From an uncultured bacterium (lineage in GTDB: Bacteria; Actinomycetota; Coriobacteriia; Coriobacteriales; Coriobacteriaceae): a stretch of DNA of 64,000 nucleotides. Shown in pieces: positions 9,294 through 18,163 of this stretch. Under the pieces are notes generated by a model. It saw only the letters and a list, made by a program, of their open reading frames with translations, did no database searches and was not told the origin of the DNA. Where the stretch lies: assembly GCA_905215365.1 (NCBI GenBank), contig CAJMPX010000002.1, forward strand, positions 79,801 through 143,800, given 5' to 3'. Numbering within the stretch: position 1 is the first letter of the stretch; every line of letters begins with the position of its first letter. A program made the translations under genes and the position numbers.

Positions 9294-9983
9294 GTGGCTC
9301 CCATCAAAAGCGCCGTCGACCCTGTTATCACCCCGGCGACCGATCTCGCCACCAATATCGGCATCCATCCCAAGAGCGTCGTGGCGGCGCATGTCCGCTC
9401 CGAGCACGCCTGTCAGGAATTTGAGCGCCGTGCGCAGCTTCTGCGCGAGTGCCTGTGCAGCGAGGACTTTTTGGCCAACAAGGGCATAGGCAATGAGATC
9501 GGCTTCCACACCTTTTGCTATGACCCCGCGCTGGAGTTTGAGGCGCGTGCATTATTTGACACCCTTTCACGCGATGCCGAGGCCGACAAACTTCCGTGCA
9601 CGCTCAAGGTCGTGAACCTCTACGACGCCGTGCTGGCAATTCTCGAAAAGCGCCGTGTCCTCAAGGCTATCCCGCACCAAGAGGAGCGCCGCGGTACCCA
9701 GCGCGTGCTCGAGGACGTGGCCAAGTTCGCCTCGCCCGAGAAAGTCGCCGCGTACATCCTTGAGCAGACCAAGCCGTACGCGCCTGGAGACGTCGTTCTC
9801 CTCACCGGCGCGGGCGAGGTCTTCCCATTCTTTCGCATGCACACGCTTCTCCATTGCATGCTTGCGGATTTTGATGAGGTGCCTGTGGTCGCCGCCTATC
9901 CGGGCAGTTTCAACGGCTCTTCTTTCCAGCTCTTTAACCGTCTGCCGGCCGACAACTACTACCGCGCCATCGATATCTCGTAA
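9294..9983 (+). CDS. brxB: BREX protein BrxB (DUF1788)
   Basis: FLANKGIGNEIGFHTFCYDP, LTGAGEVFPFFRMH, YPGSFNG and NYYRA motifs; operon position. Confidence 0.9.
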   Translation: MAPIKSAVDPVITPATDLATNIGIHPKSVVAAHVRSEHACQEFERRAQLLRECLCSEDFLANKGIGNEIGFHTFCYDPALEFEARALFDTLSRDAEADKLPCTLKVVNLYDAVLAILEKRRVLKAIPHQEERRGTQRVLEDVAKFASPEKVAAYILEQTKPYAPGDVVLLTGAGEVFPFFRMHTLLHCMLADFDEVPVVAAYPGSFNGSSFQLFNRLPADNYYRAIDIS

Positions 9984-10061
9984 GCACGGCTCCCCGCAGG
10001 CAAGTCCCTGCCGCCGGTAACAACCCTTTGCCATAACGTTCCCAAACCCAAAGGAGCACCC

Positions 10062-13000
10062 ATGGACAACACGATCATTCGCGACCTCTTTGCAAAAGAC
10101 ATCAACCGCTCCATCAACGGCGTGGTCAAGGTCCAGGATTCAAAAGATGGGTCCATCCGCCAGGAGCTTGACGAGTACGTGGTGACGCGCGAGTTGCAGA
10201 GGCACTTTGCCACGTTCTTCAAGGCCTACGGCGATGCCATCGATGCACGCACCGACAAGATCGGCGTGTGGATCAGTGGTTTCTTCGGTTCCGGTAAATC
10301 GCACTTCCTCAAGATGCTGAGCTACCTGCTCGAGAATCGCCAGATCGGCGGCAAGAGCGCCATCCGCTACTTTGACGGCAAAATCGTCGACCCCATGGTC
10401 GCGGCTGCCATGGAGCGCGCCTGCTCGGTGCCCACGCAGGCCATCCTCTTTAACATCGATAGCAAGGCGGGCCAGTGGAAGCAGGGCGATACGGCTCCCA
10501 CGGCGCTGCTTCGCGGCTTTGAGCGCATGTTCTACGAGGCGCGCGGCTTCTACGGCGAGGACCTCAAGCTTGCAAAGCTCGAGGACTACATCGATTCCCT
10601 GGGCAAGACCCAGGAGTTCCGCGAGGCCTTTGAGCGCGTCAACGGCGAGTCCTGGCTCCAGGCCCGCGACACCTACAGCTACTTTGAGGACGACGTCGTC
10701 GAGGTGCTGCAGAGCGTGCTCGGCATGAGCGAAAAGGCCGCATGGAACTGGCTCGAGGGTTCTGAGGACGAGGTTTTGGCCCCCGATGTCTTTGCCAAAA
10801 AGGTCAAGGATTACGTGGACGCTCAGGCAGCGGCCCACGGTGGCAACTTCCGTTTGCTCTTTATGGTCGACGAGGTGGGTCAGTTTATTACAAACGACCA
10901 GGACCCAAGCCTTATGCTGAGCCTTCAGACCATCGTCGAGGAGCTGGGTGCCGCCTGCGGTGGCCGCGTGTGGGTGATGGTCACGAGCCAGGAGGCCATC
11001 GACAACCTGAGCCTGCCCGTGGGCAACGACTTTTCAAAGATCCAGGGCCGTTTCAATACCCGCCTTTCGCTCTCCAGCTCCAGCGTGGACGAGGTCATCC
11101 AACGCCGTGTGCCCGAGAAGACCGCGCCGGCGGCCGATACGCTTGCACAGGTCTACGAGCAAGACGCCGCCGTCCTCAAAAACAACTTTACCTTTGAGGG
11201 GGGCTCGCGCTCCGACCTTGCCGGCTTCGCCAACTCCAAGGATTTTGTGGCCAGCTACCCGTTTGTGGGCTACCAGTTTAAGCTTCTGCCCGACGTGATG
11301 ACCGAGGTACGCAAGCATGGTGTTAAGGCCAAGCACATGTCCACGGGCGAGCGCTCCATGCTGAGCGCGTTTCAGGAGAGCGCTCAGGCCATCCAGCATG
11401 ACCAGACTGGTGCACTCGTGCCGTTCTGGCGCTTCTTCGACACAATCTCCAAGGATTTGGAGCACGGCATCATTCAGGTCGTCGTCTGTGCGGAGCGCGC
11501 GGCTGAAAACGCAGAGGGTCTTGAGAGCTACGATGTCCGGGTGCTTAAGCTCCTGTACTTGATCCGCTACATCGGCTACGTCAAGGCCACGGTCGAGAAC
11601 ATCTCCATCCTTATGATCGATAGCCTGGACGTGGACAAGCGCGCCCTTAAGGACCGCGTCAAGGAGTCCCTCGCCCGCTTGGAGCGCGAGAACAAAGTGG
11701 CGCGACAGGGCGATACCTACAGCTTCCTCACCGACGAGGAGCAGGAAATTGCACAGGAGATTGCGCGGACCCCGATCGACAACGCGAAGGTGATCGAGTA
11801 CATCAAAAAGCGCCTGTTCGACAGCATTTACAATGCGTACAAGTTCCATCGCGATCCTAATGACTTCCCCTTTGACCGCTACGTGGATGGCTCGATTCAT
11901 GGATCCAGCAAGGGTGGTATGGAACTCTCCGTGGTGACCATGGCCGGCGACTTGGCACGTGCGGACGATGCCGAGCTAGCATTGAAATCCGTGGATAAGG
12001 CCATCGTGGCCTTGGGCGACGAGGTGGATTATTGGGCCCCACTCGTCAACGCCGCTAAGATTCGCATGTACGCCCAGACGCGCAATCTGCAGGAGCTACC
12101 GCCGAGTACCCGCCAGATTGTCGAGGCAAAAATGCGCGAGGCAGCCTATAACGAGAAAGAGGCCGATGCCCTTTTGAGCGAGGCCGTGCTCCATGCACGT
12201 TGCGCGGTCAACGGCCGCATGGTCGAAGTCCGTGCAACCAAGCCTGCCCAGGTCTTTGAGCAGGTGCTGGCACAGCTGTGCGATGTGGTCTTTGAAAAGG
12301 CCGACTACATCGGCGCGCCGGTCACGAGCGATTCCGATATCCGCTCCACGCTGGCGGGCAACGTTCAAGCGGGGCTCGCTGGCATGGACGCGGGTAATAC
12401 GCGTGCGCTCAAGGAGGTCGAAGACTACCTCAAAGTGCAGCACCAGCGCCACCTGGATACCGCTATGGGCGATATCCAGCGCCAGTACCAGCAAAGGCCC
12501 TTTGGCTGGCGCGAGGTCGACATCGCAAATGTGGTGGCGCAGCTTGTGGTGGAGCAGCGCGCGCAGGTGCTGTTTGGCGGTCAGACGGTTCAAGCTAGCG
12601 ACAGCCGCATGGTGGCACTCCTGCGCAAGGATGCCGATAAGGCCCAGGTGCGCTTGCGCATGCGCATGAGCGACCGGTTGCTGCGCGCCACGGGCGAGCT
12701 CATGCGTGACCTGTTTGATCTCAAGACCGTGCCCTCCAACGAGGATAAGCTCGTGGCCGAGCTCAAGGAGCGCCTTGGGGACTTGCGCGAGGCGTGTCTC
12801 GCCATGGCACGCGACTACTACACGGGCATCAAGCCAGCCTACCCGTATCCCGGTGAGGACGAGTGCGAGAAGATGCGCTCGGAGGTGGCCGACGTCCTTA
12901 AGGACCAGAACGAGGCCGAGGCGTTCTTGACCACGTTCACCAAGCGCGAGGACCGCCTGCTCGATGCCAAGGAGGACTTTGACAGGGTGACTGAGTTCTT

Positions 13001-13736
13001 CGATTCCAACCAGCGCGCAACGTTTGACCACGCCAGGGAGTTCTTGAGTCGCACGGAGGGCATCGAGTACGCCTCCGACGACATTCCCAGCGCGGTTGAG
13101 AACGTGGCGAAGGTGCGTGAGATCCTCAAAGACCCCAAGCCCTACGGCCGCATCAAAGACCTGCAGCCGCTGATGGCGCCCGTCGAGGAAGACGTTAAAA
13201 AAATCCTGGGCATGCGCCGCAACGAGTTCTTGCATCGCATCGAGAACGACCTGCAGGACCTGCAAAAGCAGGCCGAGAGCCAAGAGGGTTTTGTCAAGCA
13301 GGCCAAGGATGCCATAGCGGACGCCGGCACCAAGTATGAGTCGTTCAAGAACCGCACCCACGGCGTCCAGAGCCTCAACGAGCTTAACGCCCTCGCGGCA
13401 AACTGGGAAAGCTGGACCATCACGGCGGCCAACAAGATATACGACGCCGTGGACGCCGCACGCGAACGTATGGAAAACGAGCGCCGTTCCACCGAGGTCA
13501 CCAGCACGGGCGAGGTGGTCAAAAAGATCACCAACAAGGGCACCTCTACGCCAAGTCACGGTTCCGTTCCCGTGCCCGTGCCCAAGCCTCAGCGCAAGGT
13601 CAAGACCGTGCGTCGCACCGACCTGGCCAAGCCGAGCCGCCTCACAACCGCAGAGGACGTGGAGCGCTACGTGGACGACCTGCGCGCCCGCCTTATGCAG
13701 GCGCTTGCATCAAACGACGAGATCCGCATTAACTAA
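10062..13736 (+). CDS. brxC: BREX system P-loop ATPase BrxC
   Basis: WISGFFGSGKSH Walker A, VDEVGQ Walker B, VTSQE, YPF; AAGGAG RBS. Confidence 0.95.
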   Translation: MDNTIIRDLFAKDINRSINGVVKVQDSKDGSIRQELDEYVVTRELQRHFATFFKAYGDAIDARTDKIGVWISGFFGSGKSHFLKMLSYLLENRQIGGKSAIRYFDGKIVDPMVAAAMERACSVPTQAILFNIDSKAGQWKQGDTAPTALLRGFERMFYEARGFYGEDLKLAKLEDYIDSLGKTQEFREAFERVNGESWLQARDTYSYFEDDVVEVLQSVLGMSEKAAWNWLEGSEDEVLAPDVFAKKVKDYVDAQAAAHGGNFRLLFMVDEVGQFITNDQDPSLMLSLQTIVEELGAACGGRVWVMVTSQEAIDNLSLPVGNDFSKIQGRFNTRLSLSSSSVDEVIQRRVPEKTAPAADTLAQVYEQDAAVLKNNFTFEGGSRSDLAGFANSKDFVASYPFVGYQFKLLPDVMTEVRKHGVKAKHMSTGERSMLSAFQESAQAIQHDQTGALVPFWRFFDTISKDLEHGIIQVVVCAERAAENAEGLESYDVRVLKLLYLIRYIGYVKATVENISILMIDSLDVDKRALKDRVKESLARLERENKVARQGDTYSFLTDEEQEIAQEIARTPIDNAKVIEYIKKRLFDSIYNAYKFHRDPNDFPFDRYVDGSIHGSSKGGMELSVVTMAGDLARADDAELALKSVDKAIVALGDEVDYWAPLVNAAKIRMYAQTRNLQELPPSTRQIVEAKMREAAYNEKEADALLSEAVLHARCAVNGRMVEVRATKPAQVFEQVLAQLCDVVFEKADYIGAPVTSDSDIRSTLAGNVQAGLAGMDAGNTRALKEVEDYLKVQHQRHLDTAMGDIQRQYQQRPFGWREVDIANVVAQLVVEQRAQVLFGGQTVQASDSRMVALLRKDADKAQVRLRMRMSDRLLRATGELMRDLFDLKTVPSNEDKLVAELKERLGDLREACLAMARDYYTGIKPAYPYPGEDECEKMRSEVADVLKDQNEAEAFLTTFTKREDRLLDAKEDFDRVTEFFDSNQRATFDHAREFLSRTEGIEYASDDIPSAVENVAKVREILKDPKPYGRIKDLQPLMAPVEEDVKKILGMRRNEFLHRIENDLQDLQKQAESQEGFVKQAKDAIADAGTKYESFKNRTHGVQSLNELNALAANWESWTITAANKIYDAVDAARERMENERRSTEVTSTGEVVKKITNKGTSTPSHGSVPVPVPKPQRKVKTVRRTDLAKPSRLTTAEDVERYVDDLRARLMQALASNDEIRIN

Positions 13737-13802
13737 CCCACTCAGCCGCCGGCGCCCAAGCATACGCCGGTGGCTTATGGTGTTTTGAAAGGTACGGGAA
13801 CC

Positions 13803-16298
13803 ATGAACGATTCCGCTCTCAAGAACTTCTGCACGTGGGCCCGCGTGGAACTTATTAACGGCGTGGAGGCGCAGATGGTGCGCTACGGCATCACTGAGCC
13901 TACGCTCGCGCCCGCTGGGTCCGAGACCGTCAACGGCCAGCCTCTGAGCCCGCTCGAAGTTGAGCAGCGCGACGAGCTGCTGCGCCTGCAGGCCGCAGAG
14001 GGGCACGACGCCCTGCGCGACCGTGCGGCCTACACCTGGTTCAACCGTATCGTGGCCATTCGCTTTATGGATGCACGCGGATGGCTCCCCAGCCGTATGC
14101 GCATGCTGAGCCGGGCTGACGGCAGCCATGGCAGCGAGGCCGTGGAGAACGCCCTGGACGTGGAGATTTCCACGGCCGACCTCGAGCGCGTGGCGGAGCT
14201 CAAGATGGCGGGTTCCGACGAACCGCTGTGGCGCTATCTGTTTGTGGCTCAGTGCGAGGAACTTGCCGATTGCCTGTCAGGCGTCTTTGAACGCGTGGGC
14301 GGAGCCATGGAGCTGCTGTTGCCCCAGGGGCTCATGATGGCCGACGGCGTGGTGGGCAAACTCAACGCAGTTCTCACTGACGAGGACTGGCGCGAGGGCG
14401 TGACCGTTCTGGGCTGGATGTATCAGTACTACAACGCTGACGTTAAAGACGAGTTCTTCAAGTCCAAGCGCAAAGCAGCGGCGGCGGACATCGCGCCCGC
14501 TACGCAGCTCTTCACGCCCGAGTGGATCGTGCGCTACATGGTCGAGAACTCGCTCGGCCGTCTGTGGATGCTCAACAATCCTGGGAGCTCACTGCGCGAG
14601 CGCATGGAGTACTACATCGAGCCCGACGAGGAGCACGAGGACTTTATCCGCATCTCGAGCCCCGAGGAGATTACGCTCTGTGACCCGGCGTGCGGCTCGG
14701 GCCATATCCTGGTCTATGCTTTTGAGTTGCTTTTTGCCATGTATGAGGAACGCGGCTACCGCGAGCGCGATATCCCGGAGCTCATTCTGACCAATAACCT
14801 CGCCGGCATGGAGATTGATCCCCGCGCGGCGCAGATCGCCGAGCTAGCGCTTGCCATGTGCGCCCGCGAGCACGACCGCCGCTTCTTTAGGTGCGGCGTC
14901 CGTGCCGACGTTACCGTGCTTACGAGCATCCCGCTGGGGGAGGACGAGCTGCCGGGCAACAAGAAGCTCGCCGAGGAGCTGAGCCATTTGGGTGAAATCG
15001 GCTCGCTGCTTAATCCTTCAGAGGGCGAGATCGACGAGCTCAAGGCTGCCGCTGCGAGCTGTTCCGACGACCTTTTTGCCGCTGCGACCAAAACTAAGCT
15101 CGAAAACGCTGCCGCCATCTGCGAGAAGCTGTCCCGTCGTTTTACCTGCACCGTGGCTAATCCTCCGTATATGGGCAGCAGCAGCTTTAACCCCTTCATG
15201 AGCAAATGGGTCAAGAAGAACTACTCCGACGTGAAGAGCGACCTGTTCTCTTCGTTCATCGTGCGCATTATGGACTTTGCCAACGAGCACGGCGAAGTTG
15301 GAATGATGACTCCGTTCGTTTGGATGTTCATCGGTAGCTACGAGAAGCTTCGAAATAGGCTTATCGATGACAAGACCCTAACCACGCTCATTCAGCTCGA
15401 GTATTCTGGCTTTGCAGGGGCAACCGTGCCTATCTGCACATTTACCTATCACAATTCGCATATCGATGGCTATAAGGGCGGATACGTTCGTCTTGCCGAT
15501 TTTACTGGTCCCACGGTTCAGGCTCCCAAGGCGCTGGAGGCCATCCAAAACCCCGACTGCGGCTGGTTCTACCGCCGCGACGCCGAAACCTTCAAGAAGA
15601 TCCCCGGCACTCCCATAGCCTACTGGCTTGGACAAGGGGCGCGTCTTTCGTTCAAGGAAGGAACGCCATTGTCTGTGATCAGCTCACTAGCGCAGGGGCT
15701 AAAGTGCGGCGATACCGATCTTTTCGTTCGATGCTGGTTCGAGTGTTCGAATCGGGACGTCCTAGGCGTTACGGGAGATCCATCTCGAGCGAAGTGGCAC
15801 TTTATGCTTGATGGGGGCGACTACAGAAAGTGGTCAGGAAATCAGATAGATGTTGTTAATTGGCTGGATGATGGGCATGAGATTAAGACTAATAGGGACA
15901 AAAATGGAAAAGCAAAAGCCCGTGTCCAAAATGAACGTTTTTACCATAAAAACGGCGTGTTAACCTGGTCAGCGCTTACAAGTGGTCCGATTAGTGTTCG
16001 AAATTGTTCGGACAATTCTATTTGTGGCGGAGCGGGCTATTACATTGTTCCGGTTAAGCAGGAAGACAGGCTATTCATTCTTGGCCTGCTTAATAGCTCT
16101 ACAGCGCAATATATTAAGCTGGCGTTGAGCCAGACTTTTAATAATGAAGTTGGAGACCTTAAACGCATCCCTGTCCACGGGATAGATTCTTCTAATGAGG
16201 AAGTTTTGAAATTGGTTCAGGAATCACTCCATGCATCCGAACTTGACTGGGACTCGTTTGAAACCTCCTGGGATTTCAAACGCAACCCCTTGGTTTAG
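13803..16298 (+). CDS. pglX: BREX adenine methyltransferase PglX, N-terminal catalytic plus target-recognition part
   Basis: AYTWFNR, ATQLFTPEWIV, DPACGSGH (motif I), NPPY (motif IV); ends WDSFETSWDFKRNPLV-stop. Confidence 0.93.
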   Translation: MNDSALKNFCTWARVELINGVEAQMVRYGITEPTLAPAGSETVNGQPLSPLEVEQRDELLRLQAAEGHDALRDRAAYTWFNRIVAIRFMDARGWLPSRMRMLSRADGSHGSEAVENALDVEISTADLERVAELKMAGSDEPLWRYLFVAQCEELADCLSGVFERVGGAMELLLPQGLMMADGVVGKLNAVLTDEDWREGVTVLGWMYQYYNADVKDEFFKSKRKAAAADIAPATQLFTPEWIVRYMVENSLGRLWMLNNPGSSLRERMEYYIEPDEEHEDFIRISSPEEITLCDPACGSGHILVYAFELLFAMYEERGYRERDIPELILTNNLAGMEIDPRAAQIAELALAMCAREHDRRFFRCGVRADVTVLTSIPLGEDELPGNKKLAEELSHLGEIGSLLNPSEGEIDELKAAAASCSDDLFAAATKTKLENAAAICEKLSRRFTCTVANPPYMGSSSFNPFMSKWVKKNYSDVKSDLFSSFIVRIMDFANEHGEVGMMTPFVWMFIGSYEKLRNRLIDDKTLTTLIQLEYSGFAGATVPICTFTYHNSHIDGYKGGYVRLADFTGPTVQAPKALEAIQNPDCGWFYRRDAETFKKIPGTPIAYWLGQGARLSFKEGTPLSVISSLAQGLKCGDTDLFVRCWFECSNRDVLGVTGDPSRAKWHFMLDGGDYRKWSGNQIDVVNWLDDGHEIKTNRDKNGKAKARVQNERFYHKNGVLTWSALTSGPISVRNCSDNSICGGAGYYIVPVKQEDRLFILGLLNSSTAQYIKLALSQTFNNEVGDLKRIPVHGIDSSNEEVLKLVQESLHASELDWDSFETSWDFKRNPLV

Positions 16299-16307
16299 GT
16301 GAGATTC

Positions 16308-16907
16308 ATGTTCGAAACAGTATCAGCAAATAAGGTTGTGTTTGTTGAATCTAATCCTGCATGGGTTAAATGCGGTCTATCTCAGAAGTCACTGGGCCCT
16401 GTGCTTGCCCCGCTTCTTAGGTTCTTCGTTGTCGAAACCCCAGCTCCGGGGCTGTCTAGCAGAAGCATCCCGGTATCTGAATACGGGTGGGATACTCCCT
16501 GGAGAAAACCCCAATATTTGAATAAAAAACTTAAGGCAGCAAGCTCAAACAAATCTTTATATTGGTCCGCTGCAACCATTGGCGATATGGAACAGGCTTT
16601 GCGGAGCGCTGATTTGTTTGATTGCGGTGACATTGTGTCAAAGCCCTTTGAGTCTGCGGTCTTTTATGACGCTAAAAGTAATCAAACGCTCAGCTTGTTT
16701 TATCACTTAAGAAATGGATTTGCTCACGGTAGATTCTGCGCGTTTAAGGCAAAAGGCGATATATGGTTCGCAATCGAAGATGTTGCAGGTAAACGAGGGA
16801 ACGATCCGGCGACTGATGTTAGAAGACTTACGGCAAGAATTCTGATTAAGAATTCGACATTATGTAAATGGATGAAGTTGATAAAGGCTGGGCCTAGTAT
16901 CTGCTGA
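16308..16907 (+). CDS. Putative HEPN-domain ribonuclease nested between the two pglX parts
   Basis: LFYHLRNGFAHG matches the RxxxxH HEPN motif (16710-16727); AT-rich; AGGTGA RBS overlaps the pglX stop. Confidence 0.6.
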   Translation: MFETVSANKVVFVESNPAWVKCGLSQKSLGPVLAPLLRFFVVETPAPGLSSRSIPVSEYGWDTPWRKPQYLNKKLKAASSNKSLYWSAATIGDMEQALRSADLFDCGDIVSKPFESAVFYDAKSNQTLSLFYHLRNGFAHGRFCAFKAKGDIWFAIEDVAGKRGNDPATDVRRLTARILIKNSTLCKWMKLIKAGPSIC

Positions 16908-17171
16908 TGGGCTTCAGCCCGCGTTGGGTGATGGACTGGCTATGAGTAACGAGTTGAGAAATGACATTGAGCGTGTCTTCTGCGCGCCTGACGCAGCTTG
17001 CAATATTTAACTTGCGATTTCGTTGAAACCCTGGCGCGTTTCCTACAAATGCTCGATGCAGCGAGCGAATTTTCCAGAGTCGATGGGTAATGCCGAGATG
17101 ACCTTACATCCCTTCGCTTCTAGCTTATTTCCCTCCTTGACGAATCATCAACAATGAAAGGACGGCCCACC

Positions 17172-18140
17172 ATGGCCACTTTACTTCAAGATAAATACGA
17201 GGCCCGCAAGGCCGAGGTTAATGCTCGCTTTGAGCGGCTTCGCGCTAATGAGGAAGAGCTCAACCGAATCTTTGCCAAGATCTACAACATGGAGGGCGAG
17301 GTGCCCATCGAGGTTGAGGATAAGTACGTCTCGGTGGCGCGCATCTTCGATACCGCCGATGAGATTCCCGAGAGCTATAAGGGCAACAAGTACGTGCGCA
17401 CCAAGCGCGACGAGATCACCTCGCTCATAAGCTATGCCGTGGGCTGCATGTTTGGCCGCTATTCGCTGGATGTGGACGGGCTGGTCCTGGCCGATCAGGG
17501 CGCCACGGTCGACGACTATCTGGCTAAGATGCCCGATCCCGCGCACGTGACCTTTATGCCCGATAGCGACAACGCGCTGCCCATTACCGATGACGAGTAC
17601 TTTGACGATGACATCGTGCGCTACTTTATCGACTTTGTGCGCACCGTGTACGGCGAGGAGACGCTTGAGCAGAACCTGGCCTTTATTGCCGAGGCACTCG
17701 GCGGCAAGGGTACCTCGCGCGAGGTGATTCGTGCCTATTTCCTAAAGGATTTCTTTAAGGACCACTGTCAGACCTATAAGAAGCGCCCCATCTACTGGCT
17801 GTTCGACAGTGGCAAGAAGAATGGCTTCAAGTGCCTTGTTTACATGCATCGCTATCAGCCCGACCTGTTGGCTCGCATCCGCACCGACTATGTGCATGAG
17901 CAGCAGGAGCGCTACCGTGCCCAGATCGGCTATGCCAACGATGCCCTTGCCAGTGCCGAGCGCGGCGAGCGCGTGCGTTTGGATAAGCGCGTCAAAAAGC
18001 TCAACGACCAGCTCAAAGAGACCATTGTCTATGAAGAGAAACTGCACCACTTGGCAGACCAGATGATCAAGATCGACCTGGATGACGGCGTCAAGGTCAA
18101 CTACGCCAAGTTTCAGGATGTGCTGGCAAAGATTAAGTAA
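17172..18140 (+). CDS. pglX: PglX C-terminal part encoded as a separate gene
   Basis: NEEELNRIF, SYAVGCMFGRYSLD, YKKRPIYWLFDSGKKNGF and DLDDGVKVNYAKF are PglX C-terminal motifs; own GAAAGGA RBS. Confidence 0.9.
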   Translation: MATLLQDKYEARKAEVNARFERLRANEEELNRIFAKIYNMEGEVPIEVEDKYVSVARIFDTADEIPESYKGNKYVRTKRDEITSLISYAVGCMFGRYSLDVDGLVLADQGATVDDYLAKMPDPAHVTFMPDSDNALPITDDEYFDDDIVRYFIDFVRTVYGEETLEQNLAFIAEALGGKGTSREVIRAYFLKDFFKDHCQTYKKRPIYWLFDSGKKNGFKCLVYMHRYQPDLLARIRTDYVHEQQERYRAQIGYANDALASAERGERVRLDKRVKKLNDQLKETIVYEEKLHHLADQMIKIDLDDGVKVNYAKFQDVLAKIK

Positions 18141-18163
18141 CTGCAAATACGGTAAGGATATTC

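Noticed and set aside
16942..17010. 22-codon ORF (MSNELRND...) in the spacer after the HEPN gene
   Set aside because: Too short, with weak RBS support; could be a remnant but cannot be supported.
16299..17171. IS element, intron or intein interrupting pglX
   Set aside because: No transposase or reverse transcriptase motifs, no terminal repeats, and the downstream part has its own RBS and ATG.
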